From Fonticula alba ATCC 38817 (Eukaryota; Protista; Nucleariida): 64,000 nucleotides of DNA. Below are positions 11,514 through 23,593 of the stretch, piece after piece. Below the pieces are notes generated by a model that searched no databases, had not been told where the DNA came from, and saw only the letters and a program-made list of their open reading frames with translations. The stretch lies in assembly GCA_000388065.2 (NCBI GenBank), contig KB932207.1; one strand, given 5' to 3'. Every line of letters starts with the position of its first letter. The stretch's first letter is position 1. The position numbers and the translations under genes are program-made.

Positions 11514-14500
11514 ATGTGGCGCGCATTCGGGCGCATGCATTCTCGACGAGGCAGACGCGCGACGCCTGGGCGTGAAAAAGGCCGCAGTTCGAGGTGGTGC
11601 CTCGGCTGATTTGAAAATAACACGTGGATTGTGGTGCTCCACAAGGCACTCACGAATAGCCCATCCTCCGGGGAAGACGCCTCCCACGACGGAGACCTGC
11701 GCGGAGTGTTGCCCCGCCTGGGCCGGGGGGGGGGGGGGGGGGGNNNNNNNNNNNNNNNNNNNNNNNNNNNNNNNNNNNNNNNNNNNNNNNNNNNNNNNNN
11801 NNNNNNNNNNNNNNNNNNNNNNNNNNNNNNNNNNNNNNNNNNNNNNNNNNNNNNNNNNNNNNNNNNNNNNNNNNNNNNNNNNNNNNNNNNNNNNNNNNNN
11901 NNNNNNNNNNNNNNNNNNNNNNNNNNNNNNNNNNNNNGGCACCTCGGGGCCGAGGGAACGGGCGGGGCGCAGGGCGGGGGGGGGGGGTGCCAACAAGGCG
12001 CGCGGATTGCCTGATGTGAAAAAGTGTAACCGATTTGACGAAAAATCATATCATTTTTATACCCGCAACCCCGGGCCGCCGGCCCGGAGGGCCGATCCAT
12101 TCCTCACACCCCGGGCGTCGGGGCGGGGGATCGCCACAAGGGCGCGGGGGCGTGGGCGGGGGGAGTGAGCGAGAGCAAAGAGGGGCTCCTCAAGGCGAGT
12201 TAGTCGGAAGTGCCAGCCCCTGCCCCTTCTCTCCCTCCTGAGAGCGGGGGCGGGACACTCTTTGTCTCGCCATCCTCGGCCTTTGGGGGGTTCTTTCGTT
12301 CGGCGTGGGAGGGGACGGCCGGAGCCGCGGGCGAGGCATATTTAATAATGCCTCAAAATATCCTTGGGGCCTGTGGCGCGGGCGGGCGAAATCCCTCGAC
12401 GCGTGCCCGGGAGGCATCTAACCACGCCACTTGCGGCGGTTCTCGCACCAGGGCGCGCCGAGATGAGGAGAACGGGGGGCCCACATCTGCGCCCGGGCGA
12501 GAGAACATCAGGCCATCCCTCCTGCCGGAAAAAGAGATGCGCGCATTCGCTATGGTACACATTTGGAGGAGGGCGTACACGCGCGCCGGTGTCTCTCCCC
12601 CTTGGGGCGGGGTTCGGCTCGCGCGGGCGGCGTGTTTGTCCGGACGGGCGGCCCCCAGGAGTGTTGGTCTTCCGTGCGCCCCTTTCCGCCCCCGTGCCCC
12701 CATTTTAGGCGGTCCCCGGACGGCTGCGGCGCTGGTATGGGGCACCCCATTGCTGGGGCCTGCCCTCTCTCGCCCCCCCCCCCTCCGGTCCCCTGGGCCT
12801 GGCCCCATTCGAAGGGTGCATCGGCGTTGTTGTGGCGCAGCCCTCCTCGGTCACGGTTGTTCCTTTTCTTGTGTTCCCCTCCCCCACCCCACCCCGGGGG
12901 GGGGGGGGGGGGCGAAGGGGACAGGGCGCCGGAGACAGGGCGAAGGAGCGGTGGGTGCCGGGGGGGGGGGGCTGTGGGCGGGGAAAGGCACGGAACACGG
13001 CCTCCTCAGGGAACCTGCTGTCGCCGTGGCCGCCCAATGCCGCGAGATCGGCCGGGGCCCAGTCGTGTGGCGCGGGTGCGCAGCACCGGCATGCGGCCGG
13101 GTCCTTGGCGTCCATCGAGGTAGACCGAAAGGGTCTAGATCGGGCGGCTCGCGTGGCCCCTCCCCCCGTCCCCGGCCCCGGCGTCTGACCAGACCGGCAT
13201 GCTGGGGCGAACTGAGCCCTTGGCTAGAGTGTTGCATGCTCCGGCCTGACTCGCCGGATGGGGGCGGCGAGCGCTTGGCCGGCCCACGGGCATGCGCCCG
13301 CGCTCAGGCCACCGAGGGCCGGTGCCCGGTGTTACTCGCGAGCAGCCCGCCGAGAGTGGGGCCGGGTGTGGGGGGTATTCCAACTGGGGGCCTCGCCGGC
13401 CCCGCGCGCGCGGTGAGGGGTGTTTCACCGTGGGAGAAAGCCGATCGAGCGGGTCATGCGGGTGGGAACCATCGCCCAGCCAGTCGTGCTTGTGTTGCGT
13501 TCCGGCTTTTCGCGCGTTCCGCACCCTCCCCCCTCCCCCCCGGTCGTCGGCCGTTGCCCGGCGCCGGCAGCGGGCCGGGCCTCTCCGCTGCCCATGTGCC
13601 CCGGGCGGCCGAGTGCTTCTTCTCGTCCTCGGGCGCTGCCCTCCGGGTTGGGCGAGGCTCCGCGTGGGCAATTTCCCCCGGCCGCATCGTCGTGCGCCCC
13701 GCTCCGCCGGATGGCCAATGCGCGCCGCTTCTTTCTCCCTTGCCCCGCCCCACCGCCCCTCTGCTGACCTGCCCCGGTGTGCTTCGTTGCCCTTTCTCCC
13801 TGCGCGCCTGGCTTCGCATCTGGGCCAGGGGAGGGTGGGCCGACCTCCGGGGAACCGAGGCGGGGGTCAAGCCAGACTTCCCGAGAGTTAATCTCCTCCC
13901 GGCTCTGGGCCCCCGTGTGGCACTTCCTCTTGGCCAGGGGCATGTGTCTGTGTGCGTCTGTGTGTGTGCGCTTGTCACCGCAGGCCGGGTCCGATACGGG
14001 GAGCCGCGCGGCCGAGTGTGTGCCGGAGCGTGAAGGTGGCCAGAGGCGGCGTGCGCCAGCGCCCGGGCCCGGCGGCTGTGTTGCACTTGTTCTCGCGGGT
14101 AGAGCTACCCAGGCGCAACTGGGAGATCTCCGTGAGGGGGAATCTTGTGCATACATTGTTCCCCGGGGCGGCATTGATCCAGGGCTCCACAGGATCGACC
14201 GGTGAGCTTGAGTATGGCCGGAGGGCCGATTGGACGCGCGGGCAGATCGGTGGAAAGCCCGAGCTCTCCGTGCGGCCGGGCTCGCTCACAGGGCTGGGAC
14301 CGGGGGAGGGGGGGGGGGTGGGGGGACGGACAGAGCGAGAGNNNNNNNNNNNNNNNNNNNNNNNNNNNNNNNNNNNNNNNNNNNNNNNNNNNNNNNNNNN
14401 NNNNNNNNNNNNNNNNNNNNNNNNNNNNNNNNNNNNNNNNNNNNNNNNNNNNNNNNNNNNNNNNNNNNNNNNNNNNNNNNNNNNNNNNNNNNNNNNNNNN

Positions 14501-14643
14501 NNNNNNNNNNNNNNNNNNNNNNNNNNNNNNNNNNNNNNNNNNNNNNNNNNNNNNNNNNNNNNNNNNNNNNNNNNNNNNNNNNNNNNNNNNNNNNNNNNNN
14601 NNNNNNNNNNNNCCCCCCCGCCCCCCCACAGGCACCTCCGACC

Positions 14644-16850
14644 ATGTCTTCAAAGGCCATTCGTGAGCACGACGGTAAGCTGCTGCTCGCCCAGCACCTC
14701 ACCGGCACCGGGTACAACCTGGCCCCGGTGCGTGTGGCGCAGGTCCTGGCCACCCCCTCGCCGGTGGCCGGCGAGGAGGACACCGTTGTCCTCCCCTCGC
14801 CCCTGGACCACCCTTGGCTCCAGGGCGACACCCGCCTCGTGGTTAAGCCCGATGAGCTGATCAAGCGCCGCGGCAAGCTGGGTCTGCTGCTGCTGAACGC
14901 CGACTGGGACGCCGCCTCGGCCTGGGCCACGGACCGCATCCGCCGCGAGGTCCACCTGCCGACCACCGGGCACGATGGCGACGAGGATGACGACTGCGCC
15001 CCCCCGGCCGAGGATGCCAAGACCATCCCGGCTCGCCTGCACCACCTGCTGGTGGAGCCCTTCATCCCCCACGACTCCAAGACCGAGGAGCACTACGTGT
15101 GCATCCGTTCCGTGCGCCATGGCGATGAGATCCTCTTCAGTGCTCGTGGCGGCATCGATGTCGGCGATGTGGATGCCACCGCTTCCCGGCTGCTGGTGCG
15201 CGCGCCGATCGATTCCTTCGACGGGCGTAACCCCACCACTGCCTGGCGTGGGAGTGCCTCGAGCGCCGCCGGCGCCGGGGATTCCTCCGCCTCCGCCGCC
15301 GATCTCGGCTGGGACGATGACAATGAGTGGTACCACCCGACCGAGTCCGACTGGCATGGCGACTCGGCCCTGACCACCGAGCACCTGCTGAAGCACCTGC
15401 TCAGCCCGGAGCAGTGCCCCGACCTGCAGGATGACCGCCGCGCCGCGCTGGCCGCCTTCATCGTCGACCTGCACCGGGTGTACACCCGCCTGCACTTCAC
15501 CTATCTGGAGATCAACCCGCTGGTCTTCTGCCAGGGGAAGGTTTACATCCTGGATCTGGCCGCCAAGCTGGACACCACCGCCGAATTCGAGTGTGCCCGG
15601 CTTTGGGAGCTCAGCTCGGCCGTGGTGCCGGCCAGCGATGAGCTGGGGTCCGGCACGCGTGCGGCCCCGAATGCCGCGGCGCCCGGTGCCCCGGAGCAGG
15701 CCCAGCGCCTGCGCCGGCGGATGCCGGACTTCCCGGCTCCCCTGGGCCGGCCGATGTCCGACGCCGAGCGCTACATCGCCGAGCTCGATGCCAAGACCGG
15801 TGCCTCTCTCAAGCTGACGGTCTTGCAGCCGCGCGGCCGTGTGTGGACCCTGGTGGCTGGTGGCGGTGCCTCGGTGGTCTATGCCGATGCCGTGACCGCG
15901 GCCCTCGGCGCCGAGGTGGCCGGGCGCGAGCTGGCCAACTACGGCGAGTACTCCGGCGCCCCGACCGAGTCCCAGACCTTCGAGTACACTCGCACCGTCC
16001 TGCGCCTGATGACCACCATCCACCCGGAGGATGAGGCCAAGACCGACCTGCCGCCGCGTGTGCTGCTCATCGGTGGTGGCATCGCCAACTTCACCAATGT
16101 CGCGGCCACCTTCCGCGGCATTGCCCGGGCCCTGCGCGATGCGGCCCCGGCCCTGAAGCGTGTCAACGCTCGGATTTGGGTCCGCCGTGGTGGCCCCAAC
16201 TACCAGGAGGGTCTGCGCCACATGCGCCAGCTTGGCTCGGAGATCGGCATCAAGATCCGCGTCTACGGCCCGGACAGCTTCATCACCCAGATCGGTGCGT
16301 GCGCGTGCGCGCGCGCGCGCGTGTACGCGCTTCGGCGCCTCGCAGCTCAGTCTATGCCGCGCCCGGCCAGAGTGGCCCCGGCCTGCTGATTGCCTTTCCC
16401 CCCACGCCCCCGTAACTGACCTGCCTGCTTCCCTGAACGGCCCCCTGCCTGGCCGCGCTCTCCGCCTCCTTTCCGCCTCCTCTCTCTCTCTCTCTCCCTC
16501 TCCCTCTCGCAGTCAAGTACTCTCTGGTTGATGCCGGCTTCATCGATGGGCGTGCTGCTCCTGCCTGCACTGCTGGCGACGATGACATCCCCCTGTCGCC
16601 CTCGATGGCCGCCCTGACTCGCAACGACTCGAAGGTTGGCAACGAGTTCAGCGATGAGGATGAGATCGAGACCACCGTCACCTCAGCCGCCCGTGCGGCT
16701 GCGGTCAAGTCCGCCTCCAAGTATGGCCGCCCTTCGGCCTCCGACAACGCTCCCAGCAGGTATGCCGATCGCTGTTCGGGCTCCCCCCCCCCCTTGCCAT
16801 GCCGCGGCGACGAGCGGAGGAGATAGAGTGGAGAGGCCGACACACTCGCG

Positions 16851-16890
<40 letters not shown>

Positions 16891-18603
16891 CCCCCCCCCC
16901 CCCCCCCCCCCCCCCCCCCGCATCCATGTGCCATGTTCTTTCCTTTTTTCTCCCGCATTGGCTGACCTCCACCGTGTGCCATGGTATTGGGTCACAGCGT
17001 TGACCCCTCTCCCAGCATCCCGCTTCCGCGCGATGCGGCGGTGTCCTCGACCGACAACGACTCCGAGGAGGACTCGCGTGCCGGCTCGCCGGTCAGCCTG
17101 GCCTCGGTCTCGCGTGCCCTTCTTGACCGCAAGACCCGTGCTTTCATCTATGGCATGCAGCCGCGCGCTGTTCAGGTAAGTACAACTCCCTCGCGCTTGG
17201 TCATGCCCCCCCCCCTCCCTCTACGCATACACACACACACATGGCGGGTTTCCTTTTCCCCACATGCCGGCGCATGGGCGAGGCCCATGTGTGTGCCGCG
17301 CTTTCTCCTTACTCACAGGCTGTCCTTTTGTTGTCCTTCTTCTGCTGCTCATCGTGTTCCGGGTTGCTGGTTCGCCCTGGCCTCGGGCTATCTCCCTCGT
17401 GTTTCTTCACATGTCTGCATCGCCACGCGCACGTGCGTGCATCGCGTGCTCCCCCCCCCCCTCCCTCGCCGATTCCCTTCCATAGGGCATGCTGGACTTC
17501 GACTATATGTGCAAGCGCAAGACCGCCTCCGTGGCCGGTATCATCTACCCCTTCGCCGGTGGGCGTCACGTTCAGAAGTTCTACTGGGGCACTCGTGAGA
17601 TCATGGTGCCCGTGTACACGGATATCGCCGATGCGGCTGCCCGCCACCCGGAGGCCGACACCGTGGTCAACTTCGCCAGTTGCCGGTCGGCCTACGAGGC
17701 CACCTGCGACCTGATGGCTCACATCCCCGGGCTCCGGTCGATTGCCATCATTGCCGAGGGTGTGCCGGAGCGCCACACCAAGTCCCTGATTCGCCGGTCG
17801 CGCGCGCTCGGCGTGACCCTCATCGGCCCGGCCACCGTGGGTGGTGTTCAGCCTGGGGCCTTCAAGATCGGCAACACCGGCGGCATGGTGGACAACCTGA
17901 TCGATGCCAAGCTCTACCGTCCCGGGTCGGTGGGCTACGTGTCCAAGTCGGGCGGCATGTCCAACGAGCTGAACCGTCTGCTGTCCCGGCACACGGACGG
18001 TGTGTATTCCGGTGTGGCTGTCGGTGGCGACCGCTATCCGGCCACCACCTTCCTGGATCACATCCTGCGCCTGGAGGATGACCCGGCCTGCAAGATGCTG
18101 GTTCTGTTGGGCGAGGTTGGTGGGCGCGAGGAGATCGCCGTCGCCAAGGCCATCGCCTCGGGCCGGGTGACCAAGCCCATGGTGGCCTGGTGCATCGGTA
18201 CCTGTGCGGATGCGCTGGCCGCCAGCGCCGGTGGTGCTGAGGTCCAGTTCGGCCATGCCGGTGCCATGGCCGGCGGTCGCGAGGAGACTGCCCTGGCCAA
18301 GAACCAGATCCTCCGCAACGCCGGGTGCCATGTGCCCAACTCCTTCGAGGAGTTCCCCGACATGCTGGAGACCGTCTTCAACCAGCTGGTCGCCGAGGGC
18401 GTCATCCCGCCGAAGGAGACCCCGGAGCCGGAGGCCCCGCGCATGCCGATCGACTACCACTGGGCCCAGGAGCTGGGTCTCATCCGTAAGCCGGCCAACT
18501 TTGTCACCACCATCGTCGATGACCGTGGGCAAGAGCTTGTACGTGTGCCGTCTCTTCCCCCTTCCCGTTGGTGACGCCACGTTTGTTTCCCACCCTTTCT
18601 TCC

Positions 18604-18634
<31 letters not shown>

Positions 18635-19499
18635 CCCTCTCTGTCTCCTGATGATGTCCTGACATGCTTTTCCTCCTTCCGCTTCCCGGCTCTCTCCCCC
18701 CCCCACACCCCCTCCCTCGCTCCGACTGCAGCTTTACTCTGGCATGACCATCAGCGATGTCTTCCGCAATGACATCGGCATTGGTGGTGTGCTGGGCCTG
18801 TTGTGGTTCCGCCGCCGTCTGCCGGAGTATGCCGGCCGTTTCATCGAGATGGTGCTCATGCTGACTGCCGACCATGGCCCCGCCGTGGCCGGTGCCCACA
18901 ACACCATTGTCACCACGCGTGCCGGGAAGGACCTGATCTCGGCGCTGGTGAGTGGTCTGCTGACCATTGGCGACCGCTTTGGCGGTGCGCTTGACGGCGC
19001 GGCGGCCCAATTCTCGGCGGCCTATGACCAGGCCCTGCACCCGCACGAGTTCGTGGACTCCATGCGTCGGAAGAAGCAGCTCATCCATGGCATTGGCCAT
19101 CGGATCAAGAGCCGCACCAACCCCGACCAGCGTGTGCAGATTGTTTGCGACTATGCGCGCCAGCACTTCCCCTCGACCCGGGTCATGGACTATGCCCTGG
19201 AGGTGGAGAAGGTCACCACGGCCAAGAAGGACAACCTCATCCTCAATGTGGATGGTGCCATTGCCGTGTGCTTCGTCGATCTGCTCCGGTACTCCGGGCT
19301 CTTCACGGCCGAGGAGGCCGAGGAGTACATCCAGCTTGGGATTCTCAATGGCCTCTTTGTGCTCGGCCGCTCGGTGGGCTTCATCGGTCACTTCATCGAC
19401 CAGCGCCGCCTGCGCCAGGGCCTGTACCGCCACCCGTGGGATGACATTGCCTACCTGCGTCCGGAGGAGGCCGAGGGCATGGGCTTCTCCGACATGTAA
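14644..19499 (+). CDS. ACLY: ATP-citrate lyase, single-chain (fused beta+alpha) type, 5 exons: 14644-16294, 16513-16759, about 17016-17175, 17486-18538, 18732-19499
   Basis: [12 protein letters not shown]; [17 protein letters not shown]; [13 protein letters not shown]; [15 protein letters not shown]; NYGEYSGAP; [14 protein letters not shown]; [11 protein letters not shown]; GMLDFDY; SKSGGMSNE; phospho-His motif FGHAG; [11 protein letters not shown]; [11 protein letters not shown]; LILNVDG; [12 protein letters not shown]. Confidence 0.98.
16851..16919 (+). repeat. Poly-C tract (C39-G-C29) in ACLY intron 2
   Basis: Direct reading of the sequence. Confidence 0.95.
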
Positions 19500-22400
19500 G
19501 GGCGTGGCCACTGCTCTCCCTTGTCTCTGTTCTCTGTCTCTCGCCCTTTGTCAGCCGTTGGTGGCCCAGTGCCTCGTGGTTGGCACACGGGGCCGCGTGA
19601 GAAGAGGGCGGAGGGGAGGAGTATGCGCGCGCGCGCGCATATCCACAGAGAGGAAGCAATCCCGGGGGTCATGATTGGCCCTCCAGCCCTTCGACCTTTG
19701 CACACACCGAGAGAGACATGCCTGCAAGAGATGTGTCCCTTCTCTTTCTTTCTCTCCCTCTCTCCCTCTCTCTCTCTCTCTCTCCTTCGCCCCTCTCCGC
19801 CACCGGGTGAATGTGCATGCCAAATGGTGCGTGCACACCTCCAGGAGCGGTGGGGGGGGGGGGGGGAAGAGGTAGAGAGGAGGGGTGTTGCCAGACGCCG
19901 ATGAATGCCTCCTCTTCCTCCCAGAGCCACTCTCTACCCTCTCCTCTCGCTGTTGCTGTCCCTCCTTCTTTTGGCGCACACACTCTCGCCGCCCGGCGCT
20001 GGCCAATTTAGAATAGTTGTAGAAAGGCCGGCGGGCGGCAACGCCATGTGACCGGCTATGCACATGAATACATACATTACACGTGACCACCATCCCGCCC
20101 AGTCATCGCCAGTGCGTGTCCTTTCTTTTTCCCTCCCAGGCGCGGAGGAAGGTGCTGGGACGCCCCCCCCCTCCTTGGCGTGTTTCTGTCTCCCGGGCGT
20201 GCCGGCGCCGCCTCTCTCGAAGCTGCGTGTGAGTGTGGGCAACAGGGTACCTGGATGAGGGCGGAGGGGGGGGGGGGGGGGGGGGGCATGTGAGCCCAAT
20301 TTGCTGGGCGTGAGCCGGCAGCGACCACAGGGCGGGCAGCTTCCACCGGCCGGGGGCGGTCTTTCACAGTCGAGTATCGGCCACCGGGTGGAGGTGTCAT
20401 TTCGGCATGTTTGCCTGTGGGGGGCGCGCAGGGGGGGGGGGGAGCATCTCCCGGAACTCTCTGCCGTGCCCTCGTCCGCCGGTGACCGGGGAAAGGCTGA
20501 CACGGCGGGGGGCAGCCAACTAGTCTCCAATCGGGCTGGGGAAAGGGGTCAGCCGGGGGGGGGGGGCTGGGGCCGGTGGGTGTGTGCCGCCAGCGCCTCC
20601 GGCTCGCCCCCGTCGCTCCTCCAAGGCCCCTGGGGGCCGGGGAAGGGTGCGTCGTGTGGTATTGTTTCCGGAAAATTGCGCACTCCTGGAAGGCCGCAAG
20701 GAAGACATGACGGCCGCCTGTTTTTTCTTTTTTTTCTACAGAGGAGAAACGCCACGGCGCCCTCTCCCCCGGCGTTGCTGCTTTTAGGGTGGAGTTCCGG
20801 AACTCAAGCAGGGGGGCACCCGGACCATGGTCTTCTCGGATGGCGCCCAGCGCGCTCCCCCTCCTCCGGGCGGGGGGGGAGGGGGGGGGCCGCCTGCCAG
20901 GCCTGGCCGGTCTGGAAGCCGCGGACGCGCTCCAGCAGGCTTTCTGGTGGTCCTTCAGAATGGGCTCTTTTGAACTGCCCGAGGCGGGAGCGGGAGTGGG
21001 ACCGGCCGGGGGCGTCCCTACCACGTCTGTTGAATTAGTTCGTGGTGGTCCGGCCTCCGGACCCAGAGGCCGCTCTCTCTTGGCACGTTCTCGTCGGGGC
21101 GGGGCGGGGGGGCGGGGGCGGGGGCGGGGGGGGGGGCGGGGGGAGGCGCCCGGGGCCCGGGCCCGGGACAAGGTGAACGCCTGGTTCTTTGTCAGGGAAA
21201 GCATTCCAGCTCCCAGGAGGTGCCCGGGGCGGGCGAGGAAATTCCTTGGCCCAGACCGGTAGGCCGGCGGGCGGCCGGTCGTCCGCCGGGCCCTTGGGCA
21301 TGCGTGAGGCACACTTCTTGCGCGGGGGGGTGGGGGTTGTCCGTCCGGGGAGTTGGGGCTGTTGACGGGCGGTGGGCACCCTTTTCCCTAGGCCGATGTC
21401 CCCCCCGCCCCCCCCCCCCCCCCCCCCCCGCATCAGGGGATCCCCGCCCGGCGGGGGCCAAGTCCCTGGCCCCGCCCCTGCCTGAGGGCTCTCTGTCCCT
21501 CTCGCTCTTTTTCTTCCGTCTCTTTCTCGCCCTCTACCGCGGGCCCCGCTTGCCATGACGCGGGGGGTCCATTTTGTGTGGGCCCATGGGAGGGCGGAGG
21601 GGGTGGGGGGCTGCCTGGGCACGGTCCGGGTGTGTGGTCGCCGCCCAGGAGGAGCCCTGGCCGTGTGCACGCGCCCGCGTCCGCGTCCACGGGCGTTCCG
21701 CTTGTCCCAGGTGCTGTTCCTTCCGCCAGGGGGAGCGGTTCCCTGGATACGTGTCGTCCTCTCGCTGGGCCGGCCCTGCCCCCTCCCGGCGGCCCGCCCC
21801 CGCGGGCAATGTTGTTCCCGGTTCCTGTTCCCTGGGCCGTCCGTGTTCCCGGCGGAGTACATCACAGGCCTCTCGGTACACCGGCCGGTCTTGCCGCCCG
21901 GCCCTCGTCCCCGGACCAAGAAAGGGAAGAAGGCTCCTCCATCGGCCGGGCCGGGGCCTGGCCAGGGCCGTGGTTCGGCGGGGGGGATGCCCTGGGCCGG
22001 CCCCGGCGGAGCGGGCGGGACGGGCGGGGGGAGGGGGGGGGGGCGCACACGGAACAGTGTCAGCCGTGGATGACGACGCCCAACGGCAGCCGCCTATACT
22101 CCCCCCCCGGCCATTTACACCCGCGTAGACGCGTCCCCCCCCCCCCCGGGCCTGGGGGCGCAGCCTGACCCCGTCTGTTGTCCCGGGCCTGGATTCTCTC
22201 TCTTCGACCCGGTTGACTGTGGGCCCCGGCCCTCCAGCCCGTTTGCTCCGGCCCCAAGCCACGGCGCCTTTTTTCGGCCAGCGCCCCGTCCCCCTTGGGG
22301 AAACCACTTGCTGCCAGCCCAACGTCCGGTCCGTCTCTTTTGCGTGTCTTAAGTCCACGGTACCATCCCCCTCCCTTCCCCTCCTCCTTTCCTTGCGCAC

Positions 22401-22537
22401 GAGCCCTCCCCGCTTCACCCCCCCCCATCGCTGGTACCCCGCGTCGTCCCTTGCGCTGACTGTTGTGATCTCTTCCTGCCTCCTCGCCGTTGTGCCGCAC
22501 TGCGCACCGCTCGCCGCATCACCAGGCTCACCTGAAG

Positions 22538-23541
22538 ATGACGCAAGCCCCCAACGTCCCCGTCAAGCTCCAGGAGCTGCTCCAGGTACCTCTCCTCCTC
22601 CTCCTCCTCCTCCCCCTTGCCGCCCTCCCGCCTGCCGGGCACACCATGCTGCTCTCCCCCATCGTCGTGCACATGGCCGTCCGGGGCCCTGCACCTGTCT
22701 CCTTTTGCTCCGGCTTTCGCTCCGACTGTTGTTCACCCGCCCCNNNNNNNNNNNNNNNNNNNNNNNNNNNNNNNNNNNNNNNNNNNNNNNNNNNCCCCCG
22801 GCCCCCGGCCCCCCCTGACACGCCCACCCCTCTCCATCGCCCCACAGCTCCAAAACATCGTCAATGCCAACAGCATTGGTTTCGGCAACCTGACCTTCGA
22901 GTCGGACAAGTACATCCTTGTCCGCGAGCAGAATGGTGATGCCGTCAACCTTGCGATTGTCGACATGGCCAACCCCACCCAGCCCAGCCGTCGCCCCATG
23001 CGCGCCGACTCCACCATCATGAACCCCGCCGGTTCGATCATCGCCGTCCGTGGTATGTTTCTCCCCTCCTCGCCGGGGCCGCGGCCGGGGCCGGGCTCCC
23101 GGCCATTATGCCCCTCTTTCCTCCACCATCCCTCTTCCTCCCTCCCCCTCCCCCGAATGTCATGTGTCTGACTTCCGCCCGCTTGTCCTTTGCTGCTGCC
23201 TCCTCCCCCCCCCTTCCCCTGGCCCTCCCCCCTCCTGCCTACAGACAGCGACCAGATCCAGCTGCTGAACATCGAGAAGCGTGCTCGCCTCAAGAACAGC
23301 ACCCTCGCCGGAATTGTCTTCTGGAAGTGGGTTGACGCTTCGACCATCGGTATCGTCACCCAGGATGCCGTGTACCACTGGTCGGTCGAGGGCACCTCGG
23401 CCCCGGTCAAGATGTTCGACCGCCTGCCAGCCATGGCCAGCGCCCAGATCATCAACTACCGCGCCAGCCCCGACAACAAGTGGCTGTTCGTCATTGGCAT
23501 CACCCTTGATGTACGTGCACAGGCAGGCACATACACACACA

Positions 23542-23593
<52 letters not shown>

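Noticed and set aside
12358-12365. ATATCCTT resembling a U12-type (AT-AC) 5' splice site
   Set aside because: It is intergenic, the next base deviates from the consensus, and no partner branch site or exon is evident. All modelled introns are GT-AG.
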